Origin: Hydrogenophilales bacterium
GTDB lineage: Bacteria; Pseudomonadota; Gammaproteobacteria; Burkholderiales; Thiobacillaceae
Length of the DNA stretch: 64,000 bases
Assembly (NCBI GenBank): GCA_023258975.1
Contig: JAHFRD010000007.1
Location: 26,058 to 90,057, forward strand
Direction: 5' to 3'
In this document: piece by piece, positions 8,724 through 17,417 of the stretch
Layout: each line of letters begins with the position of its first letter
Position numbering within the stretch: the stretch's first letter is position 1
Position numbers and translations under genes: made by a program
The notes under the pieces: generated by a model
The model's input: only the letters and a program-made list of their open reading frames with translations
Databases searched by the model: none
Told to the model about the DNA's origin: nothing

Positions 8724-10754
8724 TCAGCCACCGACCGCTTCCAGCGCTTCCTGCTGTGCCAGCCATTCGACTTCGAGTTGCTCCAGTTCCTTGCCCAGGG
8801 TGGCCTGCTCGAACAGAAATGCCTTGAGATATTCCTTGCGGCTTTCCGCGTAGATCGCCGGGTCGGCGAGCAGTCCTTCCAGTTCGAGCTTGCGTGTGTT
8901 GCGCCGCGCCATCTGTTCTTCCAGGCGCTTGATTCGGGTTTCGATGGGCTTTTTCTGGATCGACAGTCGTTGCCGGGCTTCGGCTTCCTGGCGCTTCTGT
9001 TCCTTGCGGTCGGCCACCGGCGGAGGTGGCGCCGTGGCGGACTCCGGCGCGGCCGGTTTGCCCAGCTTGGTCTTGAACAACCAGTCGCGGTAGTCGTCGA
9101 GGTCGCCGTCGAATTCCTTCAGGCCGCCGTCGGCGACGATCAGGAATTCCTCGGTGGTGGCGCGCAGCAGATGGCGGTCGTGCGAAACCAGTACCAGGGT
9201 GCCTTCGAACTGGGCCAGGGCGACGGTCAGGGCTTCGCGCGTTTCCAGGTCGAGGTGGTTGGTGGGTTCGTCGAGCAGCAACAGGTTGGGGCGTTGCCAG
9301 ACGATCAGGGCCAGGGCCAGGCGCGCCTTTTCGCCGCCGGAGAAGGGGGCGATGCGGGCACTGGCCATTTCGCCGACGAAGTTGAAACCGCCGAGGAAGT
9401 TGCGTAGTTCCTGTTCACGGATCTGGGGCGCGATTCTGGCCAGGTGCCACAGCGGGGTCTGGTCGTGGCGCAGCATTTCCACCTGATGCTGGGCGAAGTA
9501 GCCGATGGACAGGCCCTTGCCCTGGCTGACCGCGCCGGAAAGCGGCGACAGGTCGCCGACCAGGGTTTTGATGAGGGTCGATTTGCCGGCGCCGTTGACA
9601 CCCAGCAGGCCAATGCGCTGGCCGGCCTGGAGGGTGAGGTTGATGTTGGAGAGGATGCGTATTTCTCCCTCTCCCCGTGGGAGAGGGTCGGGGAGAGGGA
9701 GCGACGTATCACTTCGTGGCAGCGTCGATCGAAGTGCGGGCGTTGCTCCCTCTGATGAAGCCCCTCCTCCAGCGGGGGAGGGGAGTTTATAACCCGCCAC
9801 CACGTTTTCCAGCACCAGCAGCGGGTTCGGTGCCCGCTCCGGCTCGCGGAACTCGAAGCTGAAGGAAGCCGCAGCGTGGATGGGGGCGAGGTCTTCCATC
9901 TTTTCCAGCATCTTCATCCGCGATTGCGCCTGTTTGGCCTTGCTGGCCTTGGCCTTGAAGCGGTCGATGAAGGATTGCAGGTGGGCGCGTTCGCGCGCCT
10001 GTTTCTCGAACGTGGCCTGGCCCAGGGCGAGGTCGATGGCGCGCTGTTTCTCGAAGGTGGAGTAGTTGCCGCCGTAGCGCTTGATCTTCTTGTCGGCGAG
10101 GTGGGCGATGACGTTGACCACGCCGTCGAGAAAGTCGCGGTCGTGGGAAATGATGATGAGCGTGCCGGGGTAGCGTTTCAGCCAGTCTTCCAGCCAGAGG
10201 ATGGCGTCGAGGTCGAGGTGGTTGGTGGGCTCATCGAGCAACAGCAGATCGGACGGGCACATCAGCGCCTGGGCGAGGTTGAGGCGCATGCGCCAGCCGC
10301 CGGAGAAACTGGCGACCGGCCGGCCCATCTGTTCATGGCTGAAGCCGAGGCCGTTGAGCAGCGTTTCCCCGCGCGAGCGCACGGTGTAGGCGTCGGCGTC
10401 GGCCAGGGCGGTGTGCAGTTCGCCAATCAGGTGGCCGTCATGGGCGGCCTCCGCTTCCGCCAGCCGGCTTTCCAGGCGGCGCAGCGTGGTGTCGCCGTCG
10501 ATGGCGTAATCCAGCGCGGTACGGTCGAGGGCCGGGGTTTCCTGGGCGACGTGGGCGATGCGCCAGGCGGCGGGAAAATCGACATCGCCGGCGTCGGGTT
10601 GCAATTCGCCGCGCAGCAACGCGAACAGGCTGGATTTGCCGGAGCCGTTGGCGCCGATGAAGCCGATTTTTTCGCCCGGATTGAGCGCGAGGTCGGCGGC
10701 TTCCAGCAAGGGCTTGGTGCCGCGAATGAGGGTGAGTTTCTGGAGTCGGATCAT
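8724..10754 (-). CDS. yheS: ABC-F family ATPase (YheS-like, two ATPase domains) carrying a ~40-residue repeat-derived insertion
   Basis: 676 aa. Motifs seen: GANGSGKSS, FSGGWRMRLNLAQALMCPSDLLLLDEPTNHLD, GVNGAGKSTLIK, FSGGEKARLALALIVWQRPNLLLLDEPTNHLD, and a C-terminal coiled coil. It is nearly collinear with my memory of E. coli YheS, except for KLPSPAGGGASSEGATPALRSTLPRSDTSLPLPDPLPRGEGE between AGY and IRILSNINL. Confidence 0.9.
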   Translation of the reverse strand: MIRLQKLTLIRGTKPLLEAADLALNPGEKIGFIGANGSGKSSLFALLRGELQPDAGDVDFPAAWRIAHVAQETPALDRTALDYAIDGDTTLRRLESRLAEAEAAHDGHLIGELHTALADADAYTVRSRGETLLNGLGFSHEQMGRPVASFSGGWRMRLNLAQALMCPSDLLLLDEPTNHLDLDAILWLEDWLKRYPGTLIIISHDRDFLDGVVNVIAHLADKKIKRYGGNYSTFEKQRAIDLALGQATFEKQARERAHLQSFIDRFKAKASKAKQAQSRMKMLEKMEDLAPIHAAASFSFEFREPERAPNPLLVLENVVAGYKLPSPAGGGASSEGATPALRSTLPRSDTSLPLPDPLPRGEGEIRILSNINLTLQAGQRIGLLGVNGAGKSTLIKTLVGDLSPLSGAVSQGKGLSIGYFAQHQVEMLRHDQTPLWHLARIAPQIREQELRNFLGGFNFVGEMASARIAPFSGGEKARLALALIVWQRPNLLLLDEPTNHLDLETREALTVALAQFEGTLVLVSHDRHLLRATTEEFLIVADGGLKEFDGDLDDYRDWLFKTKLGKPAAPESATAPPPPVADRKEQKRQEAEARQRLSIQKKPIETRIKRLEEQMARRNTRKLELEGLLADPAIYAESRKEYLKAFLFEQATLGKELEQLEVEWLAQQEALEAVGG
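9663..9788. repeat. Nested-palindrome GC-rich repeat element lying in frame inside the ABC-F CDS
   Basis: The plus strand is ctccctctccccgtgggagagggtcggggagagggag - cgacgtatcacttcgtggcagcgtcgatcgaagtgcgggcgttg - ctccctctgatgaagcccctcctccagcgggggaggggag. Pairings seen: ccctctccc/gggagaggg, ctccctctcccc/ggggagagggag, cacttcg/cgaagtg, cccctcc/ggagggg. The 3' module is homologous to 31158-31205. Confidence 0.7.
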
Positions 10755-10857
10755 GGCGCGGATTATCCCTGAAAGCCCATCGGTCCCGGCGATTGGCGGT
10801 CAACCCGTGCATTCGCAAGCTATGATCGGCGGCAATCACCATCAACCATCGCATGCC

Positions 10858-12582
10858 ATGCGCCGCCCGATCAGCCTGAAAATCTTCAGCATCACCCTGG
10901 CCCTGCTGCTTTTGATGGGGGTGGTGACCTGGATCTCGGTGTTCAACCTGCGTTTGTTGAACAATCAGGTGCGCGCGCTTTCCGACACCTATCTGCCCTT
11001 GCAGCAACAAGTGGCCAGCGTGGAAATCCTGGTGCGCCAGCAGATGGTGCACATGGAGCGGGTGATGGCCGGGATGGGCGCGGCGATCCCGGATCAGGCT
11101 TTTCTGGACAAGGAAAATCAGGATTTCGACGCGCGCGGCATCAACGCCGACCAGATCGTCGATTCTTCGCTGCGTTTGCTGAATGAAGCGAACGCCGCCC
11201 GCGACATCGAACTCGACCGCGTCACCCTGGCCGTGCTGGGGCGCCAGTTGCCCGCCATCCAGTCCGCGCGGCAGAACTTTCACCGCACCTTTCGGCTGTT
11301 CCAGATCGAGGCGGCGGAGGGCAACCCGCGCTCCGTGATTCGCGTGCGCGAAGCCCTGTTGCGCGACAAGGATGCGCTCGACGGCGAAATCCAGAAAGTC
11401 ATCGACCTGCTCAACAAGTTGACCCAGGACACCGCGCGACAGGCCAAGGCGGAAGAAGCGAGCGCGGCGCGGCTCAACTGGATCATCACCGGCATTGCCA
11501 GCCTGCTCGGGTTGATCTTCGCCGCCCTGGTCACCCGCTCCCTGGTCGCGCCGATCCGGCGCCTGTTGGGCGGCACCCAGGCGGTGGAGCAGGGCGATCT
11601 GGGTGTGGAGATCCTGGTGCGCACACGCGATGAACTGGCGACGTTGGCGGATTCCTTCAACCACATGGTGCTGGGCCTGCGCGAGAAGGAACGCATCAAG
11701 GAAACTTTCGGCCAGTATGTGGATCCGCGCATCGTGCGTGGCCTGCTCGACAACCGCTTGCCCGCCGAGGGCGGACAGCGCCAGGTGATGAGCGTGTTTT
11801 TCTCCGATCTGGCCGGCTTCACCCGGATGTGCGAGGGGCTGACGCCGGATACGGCGGTGCGCTTTCTGAACCGCTATTTTTCGCTCATGGCGGAAGTCAT
11901 CCGCGCGCGCCAGGGCATTATCGACAAATACATCGGCGACTCGGTCATGGCGTTCTGGGGGCCGCCCTTCAGCGATGAATCGGCGCATGCCGAGCTCTGT
12001 TGTGTCGCGGCTCTGGAACAGATGGCGCGGATGGAGGCTTTTCGCACCGACCTGCCCAATCTGATCGGTGTGCGCTATGGGTTGCCCACGGTGAACGTCC
12101 GCATGGGTATCGCCAGCGGCGAGGTCACGGTGGGCAACATCGGCTCGGATACCGCGCGTGGCTATACGGTGATCGGCGATACCGTGAACCTGGCTTCGCG
12201 ACTGGAACAGGCCAACAAGTTCTACGGTACCCGCATCCTGGTCAGCGCGGAAACCCGGCGGCTGGCCGGTGCCGCGCTGGCTTTCCGCGAAATCGACACT
12301 CTCCGTGTGGCCGGCAAGCACGATCCGATCCAGGTGCACGAATTGCTTGGGCTTCAAGCCGATCTGGCGCCCGACCAGGAAAGGGGCGTGGCGGCGTTCG
12401 AGTCAGGCTTGCGGCATTACCGGAATCAGGATTGGGAGGCCGCCGAAACGGCGTTCAGGCAATGTCTGGAACGGGTTCCCAAAGATCCGCCCAGCACGAT
12501 CTTCCTGGAGCGGATCAGGATTTTCCGGGAAACCCCACCGGCGCGGGATTGGGATGGCGTCTGGATGGCGTTGAGCAAATAG
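10858..12582 (+). CDS. Membrane-bound class III adenylate/guanylate cyclase (periplasmic helical sensor, HAMP, CYCc, TPR-like tail)
   Basis: Start taken at MRRPISLKIFSITLALLLL (ATG 10858). Motifs seen: HAMP LVAPIRRLLGGTQAVEQGDL...ELATLADSFNHMV, then cyclase VMSVFFSDLAGFT, DKYIGDSVMAFWG, GYTVIGDTVNLASRLE. Confidence 0.85.
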   Translation: MRRPISLKIFSITLALLLLMGVVTWISVFNLRLLNNQVRALSDTYLPLQQQVASVEILVRQQMVHMERVMAGMGAAIPDQAFLDKENQDFDARGINADQIVDSSLRLLNEANAARDIELDRVTLAVLGRQLPAIQSARQNFHRTFRLFQIEAAEGNPRSVIRVREALLRDKDALDGEIQKVIDLLNKLTQDTARQAKAEEASAARLNWIITGIASLLGLIFAALVTRSLVAPIRRLLGGTQAVEQGDLGVEILVRTRDELATLADSFNHMVLGLREKERIKETFGQYVDPRIVRGLLDNRLPAEGGQRQVMSVFFSDLAGFTRMCEGLTPDTAVRFLNRYFSLMAEVIRARQGIIDKYIGDSVMAFWGPPFSDESAHAELCCVAALEQMARMEAFRTDLPNLIGVRYGLPTVNVRMGIASGEVTVGNIGSDTARGYTVIGDTVNLASRLEQANKFYGTRILVSAETRRLAGAALAFREIDTLRVAGKHDPIQVHELLGLQADLAPDQERGVAAFESGLRHYRNQDWEAAETAFRQCLERVPKDPPSTIFLERIRIFRETPPARDWDGVWMALSK

Positions 12583-12605
12583 GCGCCGTTCCCGTCCGCG
12601 AGGGG

Positions 12606-12899
12606 TCAGTTCGCCACGCCCCAATCCGAATGGCAGGCGCAGTTGGGGCTGGTGGTGTTGTCGCAGCATACGATCTTGCCGGCACGGCAGCCGCACACGC
12701 CCTTGTGGCCCTTGCAGCAATCGTTCTGGCTGACCTGGGCGGTGTCGATGCGGTTGTCGGTCGTGGGGCAGGCTTGCGCCATGACCGCTTCGGTAGATGC
12801 CCGAGGCTGGGCGCTTGGCATGGCGCCAGCGGTCTCGGCCAGCGAGGAGGCGGAATACATCAGCACGGCCGGCAGCAATAGCTTGAACAGCATTTTCAT
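12606..12899 (-). CDS. Small secreted cysteine-rich protein of unknown function
   Basis: Start taken at MKMLFKLLLPAVLMYSASSLA, a signal peptide. The mature ~76 aa has 9 Cys in the pattern C-x16-CC-x6-CxC-x6-CC-x7-CxC. I recognise no family. Confidence 0.6.
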   Translation of the reverse strand: MKMLFKLLLPAVLMYSASSLAETAGAMPSAQPRASTEAVMAQACPTTDNRIDTAQVSQNDCCKGHKGVCGCRAGKIVCCDNTTSPNCACHSDWGVAN

Positions 12900-13023
12900 G
12901 ATGGGTTCTCCAAAAAGACGCTTGTTCAATATATGCGATTCAGCCGCCTGTTAGCGTTCCCGTGTTTGTAAAAGCGTTGTTACGGGGGGATGTGAGTAAA
13001 CGAGGTGAGCAAATGATGTGAAC

Positions 13024-13051
13024 AAAAAAAACGGCTGCCGAAGCAGCCGTT
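13024..13051 (-). terminator. Rho-independent terminator after the Met-rich repeat protein gene
   Basis: The minus strand reads aacggctgc-ttcg-gcagccgtt followed by T8, 20 nt downstream of the stop at 13072. Confidence 0.8.
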
Positions 13052-13071
13052 CTTCTTGGAGCAATCCCGTA

Positions 13072-13905
13072 TTACTTGGCGGGCTTGGCCGGAGCGGCAG
13101 CGGGAGCGGCCGGGGCGGTCGGGAACGGGAAGGCGAAGGGCTGGCCGGCGGCCGGAACCTGCAGCATCTGGGTCCAGGCATTCGGGTCGAAGAAGTTGAA
13201 GGCGGGCGCGGCGCCAGCGGCGGGCGCGGTCCAGGCGGTGGGGGCGGCGAAGTTCGGCAGGGCCGGCAGGGTCGGTAGAGCAGTCGTGGCACCGGGGGTC
13301 ATGAAGCCTTTCCACATGTCGCCGTAAGAACCCGGGTTCAGGGAAGCGCCCGCCCAGCCCATGTACAGGTTGGGGTTGATCGGGGCCATCATGAGTTGCA
13401 GGGAACGGGGATCCAGGGGGGACATCATCCACTTCATGTACACGTTGGGGTTGACGGAGTTCGTCAGCATCGACATGACCTTGGGATCCAGCGGGGACAT
13501 GGCCCAACGCATCATCTTGCCCGGATCGGACAGTTGGGTCAGCACGGCGGTGTAGAAGTTGGGATCCAGGGAAGCGGCCAGCCACTTCATGTACACGTTC
13601 GGGTCGGCGAAGGCGGCCACGTTCGTATAGGCGCCGGGCTGGGTCATGGAGTTCATCATGTTCAGCCAGTTGCCCGGCTCCATCATGTTGTTGCCCATGG
13701 TGGTATAGAAACCGGGTTCGGTGACGGCGTTCAGCCAGGGCACAAATACCTTCGGATCCTTGTAGGCGGACATGTTCTGGGTCATGTCGGTCATGCGGGC
13801 CAGCCACTGTTCCGGGGTCTGGGGAACTTGCTTGGCGGGAGCGTCAGCGAAGGCGGTGGGCGCGGCACAGACCAGCAGGGCGGCGACGAGGGATTTCATT
13901 TTCAT
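13072..13905 (-). CDS. Secreted Met/Trp-rich tandem-repeat protein with a Pro/Ala-rich tail, unknown function
   Basis: Start at MKMKSLVAALLVCAAPTAFA, preceded by aaggag. It has about 12 consecutive 12-14-residue repeats (D/N/E/Q)P(N/G/K)x(Y/W/M)xxW(L/M)..., for example DPNVYMKWLAASL, NPNVYMKWMMSPL and NPNLYMGWAGASL. The mature protein has no His and no Cys. Confidence 0.7.
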   Translation of the reverse strand: MKMKSLVAALLVCAAPTAFADAPAKQVPQTPEQWLARMTDMTQNMSAYKDPKVFVPWLNAVTEPGFYTTMGNNMMEPGNWLNMMNSMTQPGAYTNVAAFADPNVYMKWLAASLDPNFYTAVLTQLSDPGKMMRWAMSPLDPKVMSMLTNSVNPNVYMKWMMSPLDPRSLQLMMAPINPNLYMGWAGASLNPGSYGDMWKGFMTPGATTALPTLPALPNFAAPTAWTAPAAGAAPAFNFFDPNAWTQMLQVPAAGQPFAFPFPTAPAAPAAAPAKPAK

Positions 13906-14066
13906 TGCAATCTCCTTGAGGTAATTGGGAAAACCTGGGTAACCAGCGGGGTGGAAAACTCGGTGCATGCAGAATATCAACATATCCTGATGTACTCCAA
14001 GGTCTCATAACTTTGCCTTATCGACCGCTTTCAATTGTTGTGTTTATGCGACATCGCGCTGTTACT

Positions 14067-14072
14067 TATAAT
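14067..14072 (+). promoter_or_regulatory. Perfect TATAAT -10 hexamer ending 7 nt before the ATG at 14080, so the mRNA may be leaderless
   Basis: The sequence is gttactTATAATcagccgcATG. There is no Shine-Dalgarno and the -35 is poor (ttatgc at 17-bp spacing). Confidence 0.3.
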
Positions 14073-14079
14073 CAGCCGC

Positions 14080-14523
14080 ATGCAACAACCCGCCTTCCTC
14101 GGGGCTGCCGGCTGGGATAGGCCGGAATGGTCCGACACCTTCTATCCCTCGGATATGCCGGAAGCGTGGCGCCTGACGTACTACAACACCCAGTTTTCTT
14201 GCGTATTTCTGTCCGCGTCGGTCTGGCGCGAGGCGGATGCGCCTCTCCGTGAAACATGGGCTGCGGATACCCATGAGAATTTCCTTTTTTTACTGGAGGA
14301 TGCGAGCCTGGAGGATATTCCGGCGGCGCTGGCCGGGCGGGCGCGGGGAATCGGGAGGAAGGATCCACAACTGCTCTGGTTCGATCGCCAGACCTCGCTG
14401 AAAACACTCGCCGCGCAACTTGCGCCAGCGGATGGCAACACGCCGATTTACCTGATCAGTCGCGATGGTGACATGGGGCAGATCGAGCAGGTGCGCACCT
14501 TGCTGGAATTGATGGGGCTTTGA
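14080..14523 (+). CDS. Hypothetical protein resembling the N-terminal half of DUF72
   Basis: MQQPAFLGAAGWDRPEWSDTFYPSDMPEAWRLTYYNTQFSCVFL resembles the DUF72 start (GTSGW.Y..W...FYP......WL..Y...F..VE.N). It is only 147 aa, whereas the family as I remember it is ~250-280 aa. Confidence 0.45.
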   Translation: MQQPAFLGAAGWDRPEWSDTFYPSDMPEAWRLTYYNTQFSCVFLSASVWREADAPLRETWAADTHENFLFLLEDASLEDIPAALAGRARGIGRKDPQLLWFDRQTSLKTLAAQLAPADGNTPIYLISRDGDMGQIEQVRTLLELMGL

Positions 14524-14586
14524 AGCGCGTGCTCCAGGCCATAGAATGCCGCGCGTCAGTTCCCAAGAAAAAATACGTTTTCATCC

Positions 14587-15387
14587 GTGTCAGACAACCT
14601 CATCGAAATCCGCGATCTTTCCTTCGCCTACCGCGAAAGGCTGGTGCTCAAGGGCATCAACCTCTCCGCCAGGCGTGGTCAGGTCGTTGCCATCATGGGT
14701 ATTTCCGGGGGGGGCAAGACCACCCTGTTGCGCCTGATCGGTGGTGCGCTGCGCCCGACCAGTGGCGTGCTCAACGTGGATGGCGTCGACATGAGCCATC
14801 TTGACCGGGACGGCTTGTACCGGTTGCGCCGACGCATGGGCATGTTGTTCCAGTTCGGCGCCTTGTTCACCGACATGTCGGTATTCGACAACGTGGCGTT
14901 CCCGCTGCGTGAACATGCCGATCTGCCGGAAGAAATGATCCGTGACCTGGTGCTGATGAAGCTGAACGCGGTGGGGCTACGTGGGGCGCATGATCTGATG
15001 CCCTCGGAACTGTCCGGCGGCATGGCGCGCCGCGTGGCGCTGGCGCGGGCGATCGCCCTGGAACCGAGTTTGATTCTTTATGACGAGCCTTTCGCCGGCC
15101 TCGACCCGATTTCCCTGGGTGTCACCGGCAACCTGATCCGGCGCCTCACCGATACCCTGGGGGTGACTTCCATCGTCGTGACCCATGACATCCAGGAGTC
15201 CCTGCGCATGGTGGATTACGTCTATTTCGTTTCTGAAGGGGTGATCGCCGCGCAAGGCACACCCGACGAACTTCGGGCCTCGACCGAACCCTTCGTGCAC
15301 CAATTCGTGCATGGCGAGGAGGATGGGCCGGTCCCCTTCCATTACCCGGCGCCCGCTTATGCCGATGAACTTGAACTCGCCGCATGA
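14587..15387 (+). CDS. mlaF: Phospholipid (Mla) ABC transporter ATP-binding protein
   Basis: Motifs seen: [35 protein letters not shown]. It is first in a mlaFEDCB-ordered block. Confidence 0.9.
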   Translation: MSDNLIEIRDLSFAYRERLVLKGINLSARRGQVVAIMGISGGGKTTLLRLIGGALRPTSGVLNVDGVDMSHLDRDGLYRLRRRMGMLFQFGALFTDMSVFDNVAFPLREHADLPEEMIRDLVLMKLNAVGLRGAHDLMPSELSGGMARRVALARAIALEPSLILYDEPFAGLDPISLGVTGNLIRRLTDTLGVTSIVVTHDIQESLRMVDYVYFVSEGVIAAQGTPDELRASTEPFVHQFVHGEEDGPVPFHYPAPAYADELELAA

Positions 15388-16175
15388 ATAACTTGCTCAA
15401 CAGCCTGCGCGGCATCGGCGCCCATGTGATCGACGGCATCTGGCGCATGGGTGTGGCGACGCGCTTCTTCTTGATGACCCTGCTGCAATCCGGGCAGAGC
15501 TTTCGCCGCTTTCATCTGATCATTCGCGAGATATTCAGCGCCGGGGTGCTATCGCTGATCATCATCCTGGTGTCCGGCCTGTTCGTCGGCATGGTGCTCG
15601 GCCTGCAAGGCTACGAGACCTTGCAGACTTACGGTTCCGAGGAGGCGCTGGGGGTACTGGTTTCCCTTTCACTGGTGCGCGAACTGGGGCCGGTGGTCGC
15701 CGCCCTGTTGTTCGCCAGCCGCGCCGGTTCCGCGATCACGGCCGAGATCGGCCTGATGAAGGCTACCGAACAGCTCGCGGCGATGGAGATGATGGCGGTG
15801 GACCCGGTCGCTCGCGTGGTGGCGCCACGCTTCTGGGGCGCGGTGATTTCCATGCCGATCCTCGCCGCGCTGTTCTCGGCGATGGGCATTCTCGGCGGCT
15901 ATCTGGTCGGTGTGGTACTGATCGGTGTCGATGAGGGCGCATTCTGGTCGCAGATGCAGGCGGCCGTCGATTTTCGTGAAGACATCCTCAATGGCGTCAT
16001 CAAGAGCGTGGTGTTCGGCGTAGCGGTGACGGCCATCGCGCTGTTCGAGGGCTACGACGCGCCACCCACGGCGGAGGGGGTCTCCCGCGCCACCACGCGC
16101 ACCGTGGTGACTTCTTCCCTGGCCATCCTGGGCCTGGATTTCATCCTGACCGCATTCATGTTCCGTGGAGTCTGA
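15384..16175 (+). CDS. mlaE: Mla ABC transporter permease
   Basis: 263-aa polytopic membrane protein with a 4-nt overlap with mlaF. It carries typical MlaE motifs ([27 protein letters not shown]). Confidence 0.9.
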   Translation: MNNLLNSLRGIGAHVIDGIWRMGVATRFFLMTLLQSGQSFRRFHLIIREIFSAGVLSLIIILVSGLFVGMVLGLQGYETLQTYGSEEALGVLVSLSLVRELGPVVAALLFASRAGSAITAEIGLMKATEQLAAMEMMAVDPVARVVAPRFWGAVISMPILAALFSAMGILGGYLVGVVLIGVDEGAFWSQMQAAVDFREDILNGVIKSVVFGVAVTAIALFEGYDAPPTAEGVSRATTRTVVTSSLAILGLDFILTAFMFRGV

Positions 16176-16178
16176 TCC

Positions 16179-16658
16179 ATGCAGCGCGCAACTCTCGATC
16201 TTTGGGTAGGTATCTTCGTGGTGGCCGGCATTGCGGCCGTCCTGTTTCTCGCCCTGCGGGTGGGCAACATGGGCAGCTTCGACAGTGCCTCGACCTACAC
16301 GGTGAAAGCCTCGTTCGACAATATCGGCGGCCTCAAGGCGCGCGCGCCGATCAAGAGCGCGGGTGTGGTGGTGGGCCGTGTCTCCGAGATCGGTTTCGAT
16401 TCCAACATGTATGAAGCCACGGTAATGATGAAGCTGGATACCCGTTACAAATTCCCCAAGGACACCAGCGCTTCCATCATGACTTCGGGCCTCCTGGGCG
16501 AGCAGTACATCGCGCTTGAAGCCGGTGGGGAAGACAAGAAGTTGGTCGAGGGCGACCATCTGAAGATCACCCAGGGCGCCGTGGTTCTGGAGAATCTGAT
16601 CGGCCAGTTCCTCTACAACAAATCGGAAGGCGAGTCGAAAACCGCAGAACCTCGATAA
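16179..16658 (+). CDS. mlaD: MCE-domain protein MlaD
   Basis: It has an N-terminal TM anchor (DLWVGIFVVAGIAAVLFLAL) and an MCE domain (GGLKARAPIKSAGVVVGRV). Confidence 0.9.
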   Translation: MQRATLDLWVGIFVVAGIAAVLFLALRVGNMGSFDSASTYTVKASFDNIGGLKARAPIKSAGVVVGRVSEIGFDSNMYEATVMMKLDTRYKFPKDTSASIMTSGLLGEQYIALEAGGEDKKLVEGDHLKITQGAVVLENLIGQFLYNKSEGESKTAEPR

Positions 16659-16798
16659 GGCGGGAACCCGCGACAACCGTATCCTGTTCCGGCGAATGGC
16701 CTATCACGAATGCCCGCTTTTCCGGTAGGAACATACGCTTGACCATTCGACCCACTGGCCCTCACAGTAAAAACTGTTTCGACCCATCAGGACACACC

Positions 16799-17410
16799 AT
16801 GTATCGCTTGTTCAAATACTTCATTCTCATGCTCGCCATCGGCGGGCTCTCCCTGTCCGCGCAGGCCGCCGAAATCGGGCCCGATACCCTGGCCCGGAAC
16901 GTCACCAACGACGTGTTGCGCATCGTCCGCCAGGACAAGGACATCGCCAGCGGCAATACCTCCAAGGTCAATGCGCTGGTCGAGCAGAAAATCCTGCCTT
17001 TGTTCAATTTCAAACACATGACCCAGTTGGCCGTCGCCAAACACTGGCCCAGGGCCACACCGGAACAGCAGGAAAGCCTGACCGACCAGTTTCGCGGCAT
17101 GTTGGTACGCACCTATGCTTCGTCCCTGACCAGCGTGGCGGACTACAAAATCGAGTTCAAACCGTTCCGTTCCACTCCCGGCGATACCGAAGTCACCGTC
17201 AGTACCGAAGTGAGCAAGCCCGGCGCGCCGCCCATCCCCATCGATTACCGCCTGGAAAAGACCGACAACAATGGCTGGAAGGTGTTCGATGTGATCGTGG
17301 ACAACGTAAGCCTGGTCACGGTTTACCGCAGTTCGTTCAATTCCGAAGTGCGCAAGGGTGGCGTCGATGGACTGATTGCCGCGCTTGAACGCCGCAACAG
17401 CCGGCCCTGA
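16799..17410 (+). CDS. mlaC: Periplasmic phospholipid-binding protein MlaC (Tgt2/toluene tolerance family)
   Basis: Start taken at the MYRLFKYFILMLAIGGLSLSAQA signal peptide. Position and size fit MlaC. Confidence 0.8.
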   Translation: MYRLFKYFILMLAIGGLSLSAQAAEIGPDTLARNVTNDVLRIVRQDKDIASGNTSKVNALVEQKILPLFNFKHMTQLAVAKHWPRATPEQQESLTDQFRGMLVRTYASSLTSVADYKIEFKPFRSTPGDTEVTVSTEVSKPGAPPIPIDYRLEKTDNNGWKVFDVIVDNVSLVTVYRSSFNSEVRKGGVDGLIAALERRNSRP

Positions 17411-17417
17411 GGCTCGC

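Noticed and set aside
10438-12357. 639-aa minus-strand ORF
   Set aside because: It lies antisense to the adenylate cyclase and overlaps the ABC-F 5' end. It is low-complexity (R/H/Q/G-rich) with no domain motifs, which is typical of a high-GC shadow ORF.
16659-16798. Absence of mlaA (vacJ) between mlaD and mlaC
   Set aside because: mlaA is unlinked to the mla operon in many proteobacteria, E. coli included, so its absence here is not informative.
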